DNA of 64,000 nucleotides from an uncultured Chloroflexota bacterium (lineage in GTDB: Bacteria; Chloroflexota; UBA11872; VXNJ01): NCBI GenBank assembly GCA_964496475.1, contig CAZBZS010000009.1, positions 64 through 64,063 on the forward strand, written 5' to 3'. Of the stretch, positions 1-10,519 are shown piece by piece. Position 1 is the stretch's first letter. The number at the start of each line of letters is the position of its first letter. Both the position numbers and the translations under genes were made by a program. The notes under the pieces were generated by a model. It was not told the DNA's origin. It ran no database searches and was given only the letters and a program-made list of their open reading frames with translations.

Positions 1-1
1 C

Positions 2-556
2 TCAAACTTGCACATGAACTTCCCCGGCACCATTAGCCTCTCCGCCAACACTGTCATGCATATCTTCGAGGACGTTGTTGACTCCCTCGCTTCCCACGGA
101 TTCAACCACTTTCTCATCGTCAATGCCCACGGCGGCAATCGTGACATCGCCAAGCTTGTCGCGACCGAAGTCGGCTCCCGCGACGGCGTCGCCTTCATGG
201 GAGCCGTGGATGTGTGGGACCTCATCGACCCAGAAATCCTTGAGCGCCACACCGCCGCCGGTACCGGCCGCGCCGGCCATGCCTGCGAAGACGAAACCTC
301 CACCGCCCTCTACCTCTGCCCTGAAATCGTCCGCTCCGACTCCATCGCCGAAGGTCAGATCGACGACACCGCCTGGGATTTTCGAACCGCCCTCGATTCC
401 CACGGAGTCCGCACCCCCACCAACATGCACGACCTCACCGCCAACGACACCCTCGGAGACCCCACCCTCGACACCGCCAAAATCGGCCGCGAACGCATCG
501 AATCCGCCTATACTGGCCTGGCCGGGCTGATCGACACCATCACGTCTTCCACCTGA
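2..556 (+). CDS. creatininase / creatinine amidohydrolase family protein, 5'-truncated by window edge
   Basis: The frame is open from position 2. The translation carries the family-typical core with an NAHGGN motif. The N-terminal part lies outside the window. Confidence 0.7.
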   Translation, partial: SNLHMNFPGTISLSANTVMHIFEDVVDSLASHGFNHFLIVNAHGGNRDIAKLVATEVGSRDGVAFMGAVDVWDLIDPEILERHTAAGTGRAGHACEDETSTALYLCPEIVRSDSIAEGQIDDTAWDFRTALDSHGVRTPTNMHDLTANDTLGDPTLDTAKIGRERIESAYTGLAGLIDTITSST

Positions 557-601
557 CCGCCTCCGACCGGCGAATCTAGCCACCCCGCCGCCCTCCGTCG
601 A

Positions 602-922
602 TCAGGACACCGCCCGCTCTTCCACGCTGTGCCACTCACAGGCCTCGCACCACTGAATAGACATCGAACCATCCGTCGACTCAAACTCGCGCGTTTGCCC
701 CACCGGGTCTGCCTCGCACTCATGCTCGATATCCGCTACCACGTCCACCGATCCGTGAACGTGCTTCCCCACCAGCTCAGAAAAGTGCGCCGGCAACAAC
801 CTTGCCGCAAGATCACACTCGTCCAACATTGGCACGTTCTCCTGTCCCAACAGCCGCGGTTTCCACCCCACTCTCGCACCTGAATTGGAATTCAAACTAT
901 CGACTTTTGTAACCCGCCTCAC
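602..922 (-). CDS. hypothetical small protein with Cys-containing C-terminus (…WCEACEWH)
   Basis: This 106-aa ORF has ordinary acidic composition, whereas the overlapping + strand ORF is R/H-rich and looks spurious. No family was recognised, and the true start may be the internal Met (MLDECDL…). Confidence 0.35.
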   Translation of the reverse strand: MRRVTKVDSLNSNSGARVGWKPRLLGQENVPMLDECDLAARLLPAHFSELVGKHVHGSVDVVADIEHECEADPVGQTREFESTDGSMSIQWCEACEWHSVEERAVS

Positions 923-998
923 ATTCGCCTCACTCCCTCATACCGCGCGGAAATACCCCCGCCCCCCCACCTTCTCCCGTGCTACGCTGACTTCACCC

Positions 999-1084
999 GC
1001 CGGGGTGGCGGAATTGGCAGACGCATTGGACTTAAAATCCAAAGGGCATCGCCCGTGAGGGTTCGAGTCCCTCCCCCGGCACCA
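999..1084 (+). tRNA. tRNA-Leu (anticodon TAA)
   Basis: Sequence is GCCGGGGTGGCGGAATTGGCAGACGC…TTGGA-CTTAAAA-TCCAA…long variable arm…GGGTTCGAGTCCCTCCCCCGGCACCA. A 7-bp acceptor stem GCCGGGG/CCCCGGC is present. The anticodon loop is CTTAAAA, giving anticodon UAA. The long extra arm is typical of Leu, and the 3' CCA is encoded. Confidence 0.9.
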
Positions 1085-1424
1085 CAAGTCATCGTCACGC
1101 CGCCTCTAGCCCTGTGAGCGTGCGGCATTCGGGTTGTCGACCGCGATAGATGTAGCAGCGCGTGTAGCAACCAGTTGTCGAAACTGGCTGTAATCGCCCT
1201 ACGAGGCGCGCCCGTCGCGCTCCAAATCCGTCGAATTGGGGCGCAACACCACGTTCAGGTTGTCAGCCGCTTCCCGCGTCGCTGATGGCACTGCCGTGGG
1301 GTATTTTCTCATGGTCCTATCGACGCATTCGTGACCCAGCAATCCCGCTCGCATAGTGAGAACCGGGTTGGAATCGCTCACAAGGTCGGTCCTATGATGA
1401 GCGCCGATCGGAAAGGGTGAGACG

Positions 1425-4001
1425 TTGCGGTGGAGGACCGCCGGAACACGGAGGATTGGGTGCGAGCGGGAGATCGAGGGTGACGGGACACTGGCAGGAC
1501 CGAATCCGGCCGTCCGGTTTAAGGCGGCGTCGCTGATGCGGGCCGCACGCGGGCGGGCGGTGGCTTTCCATCTGCTGATGATGGCGCTGTTCGGCGCGGC
1601 GACGGTCGTGTCGCTGCGGCCGTTGCTGGTGAATGCGGCGGACGGGGTGGCGATTAAACCAGCAGGCGATCAGCTGTGGCAGGTCTCGTTGCTGGAAGGT
1701 CAGCTTCGCGCTCTGCTGAAGGAGCCAAGCACATTCTTTCAAGGCTATTTCTACTACGGGATGGGCGACGCCCTATACGGCTCCGATTTGTTGCTGGCGC
1801 TACTCCTGATCTTCGCGCCGTTGCGGCTGGCGCTGGGGAACGCCGACCTAGCTTTCAACCTCACGTGGCACATCGCCTTCTGGCTGAACGCCGTCCTGAT
1901 GTACGTCGCGGTGCTGGCGCTGACCCGCAATCGGTGGGCGGCGCTGTTGGCGGGGGCGGTGTTCGGATTCGGGTCGATTCAGATCAACTATGCACAGTCG
2001 CATTTTCAGTATGCCGGCTCGTGGTGGATTCCGCTGGCTCTGCTCTTCAGCGTGCGATTCGAGCGGACGAAGAGCTGGAAGGATTTCACCGCCGCCGTGT
2101 TGTGCGTGTGGCTCCAATTCGTGACCGTGCCGATGCTCGCGTACATTGCGGGATTCGTGGTGCTGACGTTTGCTGTGATTCCCGGGCTCTGGTGGTCGGC
2201 GCGGAACCGGAACTGGCGAGTTCCCCTGCGCATGCTCGTCGCGACGACGGTGGTGACGGCAGCGTTCTTGCCGGTGGTAATCGGCTACTTTGAATTTTCC
2301 GGCGACTGGAACGCCCAGCGGGATATCACCGAGGTCCAGAGTGGATCGCTGCAATTGCAGGATTACCTCTCGCCGTCTTCCCGGCTGTACTGGTACGAGG
2401 GGATGCAGGAGCGCTTTCCGGTGCCGACAGGGGAGCGTCGGGCTTTCCCGGGATTAGTGCCGCTGGCGGTAGGGCTGCTGGGCTTGGTTCTGGGTGGAAT
2501 GGCGCTGGTGCGGAGGGAGCGATTCGGTTGGTACGCGGTCGGGGCGCTGACGCTGGTGATCGGGTCGGTGGCGCTCACGCTTGGACCGGCCTGGAAGGTG
2601 AACGAGACGGTGACGGATATCGAGTTGCCGTACCTGTTCTTGTTCGAGAATTTCTCCATGTTCAGGGCGGTGCGGGTGGTTGCCAGATTCGCCGTGCTGG
2701 GGAACGTGGCGCTGGCGTTGCTGGCGGGGATCGCGGTGGCGATGGTGGGGCGGCGCTTTCCCTGCCGTCCACGGATGGCCGGGCTGCTGGGGGTCGGACT
2801 TGCGGCGGCGGTGCTGGTGGAGTCGTTCACCGCTCCGCTGAACGTGAACCCGGCGCCGGAGGACGTGGACCTGGAAAGGCTACTGGCCAGCGCCCGGCCG
2901 GGTCCGACGCTGTTCGTGCCCGTGAGCGGCGCCGAGGAGGTGCGCAGGCTCTGGTTCGTGACCAAGGCGGAGAGCGGTCCGCTGGTGAACGGCTACTCCG
3001 GTTTCATCTGGCCGCAGTACTGGTACTTCCGTGATGCCGCGGCGGGGGTGACAGTGGCAAACGTCTCTGGACTGGCCCGGGGTCTCGCGGCGTACGGGGT
3101 GCGAAACGTGGTCCTAGAGCGACCGAAGCTGGTTCCGGAACAGATCGCCGCATGGGAAACGTTGGGGGCGGACCCGGCGGTGGAAGCGGTGACGCAGGAG
3201 GGAGCGTGGACGCATATGCGACTGGCCCCGGCGAGCGGACCGGCGGAGCAGGCGTGGAGCGAGTTGGAGGCGGTGATGTTGCTGAAGGCGGCGCCGGCGG
3301 ACGCCGGCTTGCTGACCTGGTTGACGTTGTCGAACAATCGTGCGGAGCCGTGGATGCCGCGGAATGGGTCGCACGTTCGGCGCACGCTGGTGAAGTGGAG
3401 AAACGGAGACGGGAGTTTGGTACTGGAGTTCGAGACCGATTTGCTGCCACCGCCGTTCCTGGTCGGGGAGAATTCGCACAGTCTGATTGTGCATCTGTTC
3501 ACACCGGCGGAAACGGGTCGTTATGAGGTGACGATGGAGGCCGACGGGGAGACAATTGTGCACCAGGTGGTGGACGTGGGAGACTCGCCGCCGGCGTCAT
3601 TCGATGGAACGGTGGTGGGGCTCGCGGCCAGGTTGACCAGGATGTCGGCACGATCGTTCGAGGGCAGGCCGGGAGAGAAATTCGTATTGCAGGTGGACGC
3701 GCTGAACACCGGGTCGATGGCCTGGGAAGGGGTGGCGAACATCAGGCTGGGATGGCGCTGGTACCGGGTGCTGCCCGACGGCGATGAGATCGAGATGCCG
3801 CAATACGAGGGGAGAATCCCGCTGGTGGGTCACCTGACCGGCGAAGTCTGGCCAGGGAACGGCTACTCGTTCCGGGGACTGGTGACGACGCCGCCGGAGC
3901 CGGGGACGTTCAAGCTGCGGGTGTCGATGGTGGCTGAGATGGTGGGATGGCTCGATGCGCCGCCAGTGGTGGTGGAGGTGGTGCTGAAACGGGAGGAGTA
4001 A
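1425..4001 (+). CDS. large polytopic membrane protein (N-terminal ~12 TM, C-terminal ~400-aa beta-rich soluble domain), putative GT-C-type or YfhO-like extracytoplasmic glycosyltransferase; paralog A
   Basis: 858-aa ORF with many hydrophobic helices. A long collinear similarity to the 4396..6951 protein includes FFxGxxxxGxGDALYxSDLL and AVxxFGxIQINYA. Alignment with the paralog suggests the start is the ATG at 1536. Confidence 0.75.
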   Translation: MRWRTAGTRRIGCEREIEGDGTLAGPNPAVRFKAASLMRAARGRAVAFHLLMMALFGAATVVSLRPLLVNAADGVAIKPAGDQLWQVSLLEGQLRALLKEPSTFFQGYFYYGMGDALYGSDLLLALLLIFAPLRLALGNADLAFNLTWHIAFWLNAVLMYVAVLALTRNRWAALLAGAVFGFGSIQINYAQSHFQYAGSWWIPLALLFSVRFERTKSWKDFTAAVLCVWLQFVTVPMLAYIAGFVVLTFAVIPGLWWSARNRNWRVPLRMLVATTVVTAAFLPVVIGYFEFSGDWNAQRDITEVQSGSLQLQDYLSPSSRLYWYEGMQERFPVPTGERRAFPGLVPLAVGLLGLVLGGMALVRRERFGWYAVGALTLVIGSVALTLGPAWKVNETVTDIELPYLFLFENFSMFRAVRVVARFAVLGNVALALLAGIAVAMVGRRFPCRPRMAGLLGVGLAAAVLVESFTAPLNVNPAPEDVDLERLLASARPGPTLFVPVSGAEEVRRLWFVTKAESGPLVNGYSGFIWPQYWYFRDAAAGVTVANVSGLARGLAAYGVRNVVLERPKLVPEQIAAWETLGADPAVEAVTQEGAWTHMRLAPASGPAEQAWSELEAVMLLKAAPADAGLLTWLTLSNNRAEPWMPRNGSHVRRTLVKWRNGDGSLVLEFETDLLPPPFLVGENSHSLIVHLFTPAETGRYEVTMEADGETIVHQVVDVGDSPPASFDGTVVGLAARLTRMSARSFEGRPGEKFVLQVDALNTGSMAWEGVANIRLGWRWYRVLPDGDEIEMPQYEGRIPLVGHLTGEVWPGNGYSFRGLVTTPPEPGTFKLRVSMVAEMVGWLDAPPVVVEVVLKREE

Positions 4002-4395
4002 GGGATCTGTCGGGTCGGCTTCGGTATGCCCCTCAATGCCGGTCGACAATCGAACCACCCTGGGCAAGTTTCCGTGACTCGCACCACCCGGTACGTTGCC
4101 CGGGGGCGGTCCTCCAGCGTCCTCTAGGGCACCGGGTTGAGTACCCGGGAACCAAGCAAGATCAACTCCAAAGCCGCGGGAAGGCCGGCCGTTCGGATGA
4201 CTTCGAGAACTGCCTGACAGTGCGCCATCAAGACAGGGAGTGGGGGCGGCCGAAGTCTGACCGCGCGATGACGAAGGGTCCTGGCCATGTGACCCGAACG
4301 CGAAGTATGGACCAATGCTCGCTCCGGCCTCGGCGCGGGCGCGTACATAGCCGCTCGCCGTAGGGGGCGCGGGAGGTTTATGGCCGATACCGTGG

Positions 4396-6951
4396 CTATG
4401 GACCGGCGCGAGTCTCGTTTGGGCCAAGGACAGTGACCGGAATCTCAATGAGCTCCCCGGGAAACCAGGCGACAAGCTCGGCCAGCATCCCGACTCTCAT
4501 GACGTAATCTCCGGGCATTCCGGGGACCGATACAGTCCCGGAAAACGGATGGCCCGACCCCACCTCCACTACGCCGAAGACATGATTCAGTAGGGGGAGC
4601 CGGCCTTCCGGCACGGGACCCGGCTGGAAGGTTCCGTCCGACTGCCGCTCAAACCACTGCCAGCCCAGGCGGATGTTCGCGTCGCCGATCCAATCCACCA
4701 AGCCTGTGTTCACGGCGTCGATATGGAGCGGAATCTGTTCGCCAGGACTCGCTTCGATGTTGGCCGGCGTGCGGAGTATCAGTCTGGCGCCCAGTCCCTC
4801 GGCAGATCTCCTGAAAGGCTCCCGGATTGCATGGCCCACCTTCACTGTCCGTTCCAGAATTTTCTCGCCATCCACGGAGATCATGAGTTCGTACTCACCG
4901 GCGTCGGCAGGCGAGGCGAGTTGAATTGGAATCCCTTGCAGCTGGCCCGGTTCGAGAAACGGCGGTGGCGACCAGCCGCCGGTTGAACGGGCGACGACCG
5001 CGTTCCGTGAGTCGATCCACTTCACGTTCAAGGTGCGGGCGTGGGATCCTCCGGGAGGGATCCAGGGTTTCTCGTCCCTAGTGGCCAATACCAACGCGCC
5101 GACGATTTCGTGACCGGGTTCCACCGAGTCGACCAGAAGCCGGACGTCGAGGTCGGCCCAGCCAAATTCCGCGGGCGGAGTAAGTTCCCGCAGCGTAACC
5201 ACCACGTAGTCGCCTGCCTCACGATGAGTGTCAACCGTCGCACTGCCAGTGAAGGCGTCCCACATTGCAACATCCTCCGAAGGGATCGATGGGGTTCGGA
5301 GTACAACGTGACGGATTCCATACGCTTGCAGGGCGACCGCCAGATCGGCGGCATCGCGGACCGATCGACCCACGGTGGTTCTCTGGAATTGCTCGGTCTT
5401 GGCCCAGATGTAACCCGAATAACCGTTTACCAGTGGACCGACACCCGTCTGGGCGGCCAGCCACATGCGCTCGATTTCAGCCTCGGCGCCGTATCGCCAG
5501 TCAACGTCCTTACGCAGAACCGGTATGAACAAGGCTGGCCCGGGCCCGGCCTCACGCAGAGCCTCGGTAAGCAGCGGACGCTCTGTCATGCGATGAACAG
5601 GCAATTGCGTGGGGACGGCCTCCCCGAGTACCAGGATCGTGGCTAGAAGTCCCGCGACCGGCACCGGAAAGCGCGCCGACCAGCGGTGCCCAGCGGCCCA
5701 GGCCACCGCCGTCGCCGTCAGCAGGGCCAGACCAACGTGGACGAGAAGGGAGAACCGAGCGACAACGCGAATGGCGCGGAACATTGAGACATTCTCGAAC
5801 AGGATCGAGTAAGGCAGTCTTACGGATGTCACCGTGTCATCCCATTTCCAGTGGGTGCCAAGCGAGAAGATCAATCCGAGGATTAACAGCCCGGCGGCTG
5901 TTAGGGCCAGCGTGCTATGCCGCCCCCCGGCCACCCCGCCGCCACGGAGGCCGACGAAGAGACCGACGGCGCCAAGTCCCGCCGGAACGAATCCGGGGAA
6001 GACCGTACGTTCAAAGTAGGGCATTGGAAATGCCGCGGCCAATTTCCCGTACCAGCGTAGGCGGGATGTCGGCGAAAAGTAGTCCTGCAACTCAACCGAC
6101 CAGAACTGCACATCGCCCACGGTTCGCTGGGCCTGCCAGAGAGCCGCATAGTGCTGGTAGCCAAGAACCAGTGGCATGAAAAGTAGTGAAACCAAGCTTG
6201 CGACGATGCCGAGGACCACCAGCGCCCGCCAATTCCGACGCCACATGATGCGGGTAACCACCGCGGGACCGGCGAATACCAGTACCGCCAGACCGGCCAT
6301 GATGCCGAGGTGGACGCCGGTGGCGAATTGAATCCCGGTCAGCAAGAGGGCCAGTCCGATATCCCACGGACTCAAGGTCCGGGAGAATCGGACCGCGAAG
6401 ACGATCGCTAGCGGTAGCCACCAGGCGGCCAGAAATTGCAGGTGAAAGGCGTAGTTGATCTGAATGGCGCCGAAGGCGTACACCGCGCCGGCGGCGAGGG
6501 CGCCGGCACGCGAGCGAGTCAGAACGGACCCGGCCCAGTACATGCTCAACGCGTTCAGGACAAACGCTAGGAGATAGGCGAGGTTGAAGGCCAGAAGTGC
6601 ATGCCCAGTTGCCCATCGCAGCGGTGCGAAGAGGGCGAGTAAGCCGAGCAGGAGATCGGAAGAATAGAGGGCGTCCCCCGAGCCAAAAAAGATATTGCCG
6701 GAGAAGAATTGGCCCGGGCGCGACAGGAGTGACGATGTCTCGAACTCGAGCAGGCTCAGTTGATAAAGCTGATCGTGAAACGGCTCGTACGGAAGGTGAT
6801 CGGCAAGCCCGGTGGCAAGTGGATAGGTGAACAGGACCGCCGCTGTGGAAAAGATGCTGAATACCGCCGTCCCCCAACGCCAACCGGGGAACGTTCGAGA
6901 GAATACGCGGCCGGCTCCTAGCACCGTTCTTTCAGCTGCCTTCAATTCCAT
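4396..6951 (-). CDS. large polytopic membrane protein, putative GT-C-type or YfhO-like glycosyltransferase; paralog B (convergent with paralog A)
   Basis: 851-aa ORF that is a paralog of 1425..4001, with the same TM block and a C-terminal beta-rich domain ending …LAELVAWFPGELIEIPV. It is convergent with paralog A. Confidence 0.75.
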   Translation of the reverse strand: MELKAAERTVLGAGRVFSRTFPGWRWGTAVFSIFSTAAVLFTYPLATGLADHLPYEPFHDQLYQLSLLEFETSSLLSRPGQFFSGNIFFGSGDALYSSDLLLGLLALFAPLRWATGHALLAFNLAYLLAFVLNALSMYWAGSVLTRSRAGALAAGAVYAFGAIQINYAFHLQFLAAWWLPLAIVFAVRFSRTLSPWDIGLALLLTGIQFATGVHLGIMAGLAVLVFAGPAVVTRIMWRRNWRALVVLGIVASLVSLLFMPLVLGYQHYAALWQAQRTVGDVQFWSVELQDYFSPTSRLRWYGKLAAAFPMPYFERTVFPGFVPAGLGAVGLFVGLRGGGVAGGRHSTLALTAAGLLILGLIFSLGTHWKWDDTVTSVRLPYSILFENVSMFRAIRVVARFSLLVHVGLALLTATAVAWAAGHRWSARFPVPVAGLLATILVLGEAVPTQLPVHRMTERPLLTEALREAGPGPALFIPVLRKDVDWRYGAEAEIERMWLAAQTGVGPLVNGYSGYIWAKTEQFQRTTVGRSVRDAADLAVALQAYGIRHVVLRTPSIPSEDVAMWDAFTGSATVDTHREAGDYVVVTLRELTPPAEFGWADLDVRLLVDSVEPGHEIVGALVLATRDEKPWIPPGGSHARTLNVKWIDSRNAVVARSTGGWSPPPFLEPGQLQGIPIQLASPADAGEYELMISVDGEKILERTVKVGHAIREPFRRSAEGLGARLILRTPANIEASPGEQIPLHIDAVNTGLVDWIGDANIRLGWQWFERQSDGTFQPGPVPEGRLPLLNHVFGVVEVGSGHPFSGTVSVPGMPGDYVMRVGMLAELVAWFPGELIEIPVTVLGPNETRAGP

Positions 6952-7321
6952 CCGTGCCGATCGGTCTGGCTCCGGGTCCCGGAGAATTCTGACGGAAAGC
7001 GAGTGAGATTCGAGGCCGAACCGGCACGGCGGCCGTCTCCCTCACCTTCTGGAAACCACGGGCGCCCGGCAGCCCGCATGCCTCGGATTCCGCGAGAGCC
7101 GACAACGACACAGATGATAGGCGGAAATCGAGGCTCCCCGCTCCAGGGATCGCCCGAAGGCGCGTCGAAACGGTGACCAAGCCGGCCCCGGCCCAGGTTC
7201 GCGAGAACTGGTGCCGGTTGGGTGACCCGGATTCCCGGACGGGCACGGTCGAGATCACGCTAGTATCTCACCCGTCCACGCGTGGGAACCACTCACCGTT
7301 TTATTTCTGGCTGGACCTAGC

Positions 7322-8467
7322 ATGCGAATCGCACTCATCTATGACGCCGTCTATCCCTACGTAAAAGGTGGGGCCGAGCGGCGCTACCTCGAAATCGCCC
7401 GCCGGCTGTCAACCCGGCATGAGGTCACCCTAGTAAGTTTTGGCTGGTGGAAGGACACTCCCCCGGCCGACGCCGGCCCAAATCTCAGGTACCTTTCAGT
7501 GGGCACGCCACGGACGCTATACGGGAAGGATGGCACGCGCGCGGCGAGCGAGGCCGTGCTGTTCGGCGCCGCCGTCGTGCCGACCCTCCTGCGGGAACGC
7601 TTCGACATCGTCGATTGCTGTTCATTCCCGTACTTCTCCGTCCTCTCAGCCCGTATGGTAACCGCCGGACGCCAGCTCCCCTTCGTCGTGACCTGGCACG
7701 AGCACTGGGGGCCGTACTGGCGCGAGTACTGGGGCTGGAAGGGCGCGCTCGGCCGCCTGGTAGAGCAGGCCGCCGTGATAGCCTCACCGTTATCCATTTC
7801 GGTTTCGGAATTCACGCGAAAGCGGCTCCTCGCCGGTATGTTCGGACGGTCTCCCCAGAGCGTCGTGACCATCCCCAACGGCATCGATTTCGATGTGATT
7901 GCCGCTACTAGAAAAGGTTCTGATCCAGTTGACCTTGTCTACGTTGGGCGCCTCATGCGGCACAAGCGCGTGGAATTGCTAATCGAGGCAATCGGGTTAC
8001 TGCGAGATCAAGGCCGCCATGTCCGTTGCCGTCTCGTCGGTGACGGGCCCGAGCGCGAACGGCTGATCGACCTGACCAACCGCCTCGGTGTGTCCCCGCT
8101 GATCGAATTCACCGGCTTCGTACCCGAATTGCAGGTCTACGAAATAATGAAATCCGCCCGCGCTCTCGTGCTCACGTCCGAGAGAGAGGGCTTTGGCAAC
8201 GTCGTGCTAGAAGCCAATTGTTGCGGTATCCCTGCTATCGTCGCCCGCGGACCCGAGAGCGCGAGTCCCGAACTAGTGAGTGAAAACGTCACCGGCCAGA
8301 CCTGCATCTTGTCGGCCGTGGCGGTCGCCGATTCCATAGCCGACGTCCTTGATGCCTCCGGCCGTTTTCGGAAGGATGATTGCATCGCCCACGCCCAGAG
8401 GTTTGAATGGACGAAGGTGAGCGACCGTGTCCTTGACGTATACGAGTCCGTTCTTGCCCAACGCTGA
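7322..8467 (+). CDS. glycosyltransferase family 4 (GT-B, retaining)
   Basis: The N-terminus is MRIALIYDAVYPYVKGGAERRY and the C-terminal domain carries EGFGNVVLEANCCGIPAIV, the GT4 E-x7-E region. Confidence 0.85.
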   Translation: MRIALIYDAVYPYVKGGAERRYLEIARRLSTRHEVTLVSFGWWKDTPPADAGPNLRYLSVGTPRTLYGKDGTRAASEAVLFGAAVVPTLLRERFDIVDCCSFPYFSVLSARMVTAGRQLPFVVTWHEHWGPYWREYWGWKGALGRLVEQAAVIASPLSISVSEFTRKRLLAGMFGRSPQSVVTIPNGIDFDVIAATRKGSDPVDLVYVGRLMRHKRVELLIEAIGLLRDQGRHVRCRLVGDGPERERLIDLTNRLGVSPLIEFTGFVPELQVYEIMKSARALVLTSEREGFGNVVLEANCCGIPAIVARGPESASPELVSENVTGQTCILSAVAVADSIADVLDASGRFRKDDCIAHAQRFEWTKVSDRVLDVYESVLAQR

Positions 8468-8520
8468 TCCGCGCCGGCCCCTGGCACCGCTCATCCCGGC
8501 CCCCGATTCGGAGTCTCCTT

Positions 8521-9309
8521 TTGTTCACCGGTGAGCGACTGGATCCCCGGTTGGCCACCGGCACGCAGATCTACCATCTGCACCGCTCCCGGTACCGCTT
8601 TGCGGCCGGGCTCGCTACATCAAAGCGGGTGCTGGACGTTGCCTGCGGGACAGGTTACGGGTCCGCCGAAATGGCGTCCTCCGCGCGGAGTCTCACCGCG
8701 GTTGACCTGTCGCCGGCGGCTCTACGCGACGCCGCGGCGACCTACAACTCAGCGAGGGCAAACTTCGCCGCCATGAACGCCCTCGATCTTGCCCTCACCA
8801 CCGCGTCATTCAATCTTGTGGTGGCCTTCGAGATGATCGAGCACATGGCCGATCCGGACCGCTGCTTGCAAGAGATTCATAGAGTGCTCGAGCCGGGCGG
8901 AACACTCATCATTTCGGCCCCGAATCGCGCCGTGCACAGTCCCGACCGCCAGAGCCCTTTGCACCGCTGGCACTACTTTGAACCGACCGTCGACGAATTC
9001 CGTCGGCTTCTGACCGAAGGTGGATTCACCGTCGACCGACTGCTCGGGCAGCACGCAAACAGCCGAATCGGCACCACGCTGGCGGAATCGAAACGCAACT
9101 CGCTCGTCGTGGCAGCCGTGCGGATCGGCCAGTTCACGCTGCCAAAGCTACCGCCGTTCTTGCAGCGATTGACCCTGCGCACAATCCGGAGCCGGCGGTT
9201 TCTGTGGCGACTGCTACCCTCATACCAGCCGGCGGACGAACGCGACGTCTTCTTCAGCCTCGATTCGCCCGAACTCGCTATGAATCTGGTAGCCGTATGC
9301 TCGCGATGA
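8521..9309 (+). CDS. class I SAM-dependent methyltransferase
   Basis: Carries the VLDVACGTGYGS motif I and an acidic motif II. A TTG start follows a GGAG ribosome binding site. Confidence 0.8.
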   Translation: MFTGERLDPRLATGTQIYHLHRSRYRFAAGLATSKRVLDVACGTGYGSAEMASSARSLTAVDLSPAALRDAAATYNSARANFAAMNALDLALTTASFNLVVAFEMIEHMADPDRCLQEIHRVLEPGGTLIISAPNRAVHSPDRQSPLHRWHYFEPTVDEFRRLLTEGGFTVDRLLGQHANSRIGTTLAESKRNSLVVAAVRIGQFTLPKLPPFLQRLTLRTIRSRRFLWRLLPSYQPADERDVFFSLDSPELAMNLVAVCSR

Positions 9310-9361
9310 GGGTGACGATCTTGCTCAGTTACTCTCCGATAAGCACGCCAAGGATTTCGCG

Positions 9362-10486
9362 GTGACATCCGGTCCGCTGATCTCCGTCGTGTTGCCATGC
9401 CTGGACGAGGCGGAGACTGTCGGGCCGACCGTGCTGCGGGCCCTCGAGGGAATCCGGCGCACCGGCCGGAGCGGTGAGGTTGTGGTAGTGGACAACGGTT
9501 CGGTCGATCGGTCAGCCGAAATGGCCACCACCAATGGCGCTCGCGTCGTTGCCGAGTCGAGGCCCGGGTACGGAGCCGCACTGCTGCGCGGATTTGCCGA
9601 AGCGCACGGCGAGATACTGGTGATGGCCGACGCCGATGACACCTATGAATTGGACAACTTACCCGCCCTGATTGACCGCCTCGACGACGGCGCCGATCTG
9701 GCGATCGCCAATAGATACTCCGACATGCCGCACGACGCAATGCCATGGCTCCATCGGAACATTGGGACCCCGACGATAAACTGGCTTCTGCGGCGCGCAT
9801 ACGGCGTTCAAGTCGGCGATAGCCAGAGCGGTTACCGGGCGTTCACCCGCGACTGTCTTCAACGCCTGGATCTGCGGTCCTCCGGGATGGAGCTCGCCTC
9901 CGAAATGCTGGCCAAAGCCGCCATCAAGGGCATGCGGGTCGACGAGGTCCCGTCGACCTATCTGGTGCGCAGAGGCGAAAGCAAACTCCGCACCTTCCGC
10001 GACGGGTGGCGGCATCTGCGTTTGATCCTCACGCTTACCCCAACCATCCTCTACATCGTCCCCGGAGTGATTCTGTCGCTGCTGGGGGTGGTGACTTTCG
10101 CCCTGGCGTTTTCGGTTTCAAGCGGCCTCGATGTCGGCGGACTGACTTGGCAGCCCGTCTTCGCGGGTCCCATCTTCGTGATCGTCGGATTTAACGCCAC
10201 CGCTATGGGAATTGCCGTGCGCGGGCTACATATCCGGCGGGGTCTGCGGCAGACCTCCGGGATCGATCGGTGGAGCAGATTCTTGGGGTTAGAGACCGTC
10301 TTGGTTGGGGCCGCGCTGGCTATTCTCGCCGGAATCGCCATCGACATCTTCATCTTTACCCGTTGGGTCGGCGACGCCGCGCCCCTTCTCGCCGGCCCCC
10401 AGTTGGCCGCTACGGCACAAACCTTGATTGTGGTGGGCACGAACGCCGGGCTCGTCGGCTTTCTGACCGCTTCGTTCAAAACCTAG
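9362..10486 (+). CDS. GT2 polyprenol-phosphate sugar synthase (DPM1/GtrB/CsbB-like) with C-terminal 4-TM anchor
   Basis: N-terminal ISVVLPCLDEAETV…VVVVDNGSVDRS with a DAD motif marks a GT-A fold. The C-terminal ~140 aa are hydrophobic, as in GtrB-like enzymes. Confidence 0.8.
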   Translation: MTSGPLISVVLPCLDEAETVGPTVLRALEGIRRTGRSGEVVVVDNGSVDRSAEMATTNGARVVAESRPGYGAALLRGFAEAHGEILVMADADDTYELDNLPALIDRLDDGADLAIANRYSDMPHDAMPWLHRNIGTPTINWLLRRAYGVQVGDSQSGYRAFTRDCLQRLDLRSSGMELASEMLAKAAIKGMRVDEVPSTYLVRRGESKLRTFRDGWRHLRLILTLTPTILYIVPGVILSLLGVVTFALAFSVSSGLDVGGLTWQPVFAGPIFVIVGFNATAMGIAVRGLHIRRGLRQTSGIDRWSRFLGLETVLVGAALAILAGIAIDIFIFTRWVGDAAPLLAGPQLAATAQTLIVVGTNAGLVGFLTASFKT

Positions 10487-10519
10487 CGAGGCTTCCTCCG
10501 TTGGGATCGCTCCAGCCAA

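Noticed and set aside
2-583. 193-aa minus-strand ORF (Gly/Arg-rich) opposite the creatininase gene
   Set aside because: It is an antisense artefact. The + strand frame has family motifs.
4001-4396. Possible structured RNA or terminator between the convergent paralogs
   Set aside because: Only short imperfect inverted repeats (CCCGGTAC/GTACCCGGG) were found, with no T-tract or convincing stem.
8973-9800. 275-aa minus-strand ORF (Arg-rich) opposite the methyltransferase/GT2 genes
   Set aside because: It is a compositional artefact of high GC. The sense-strand genes carry clear motifs.
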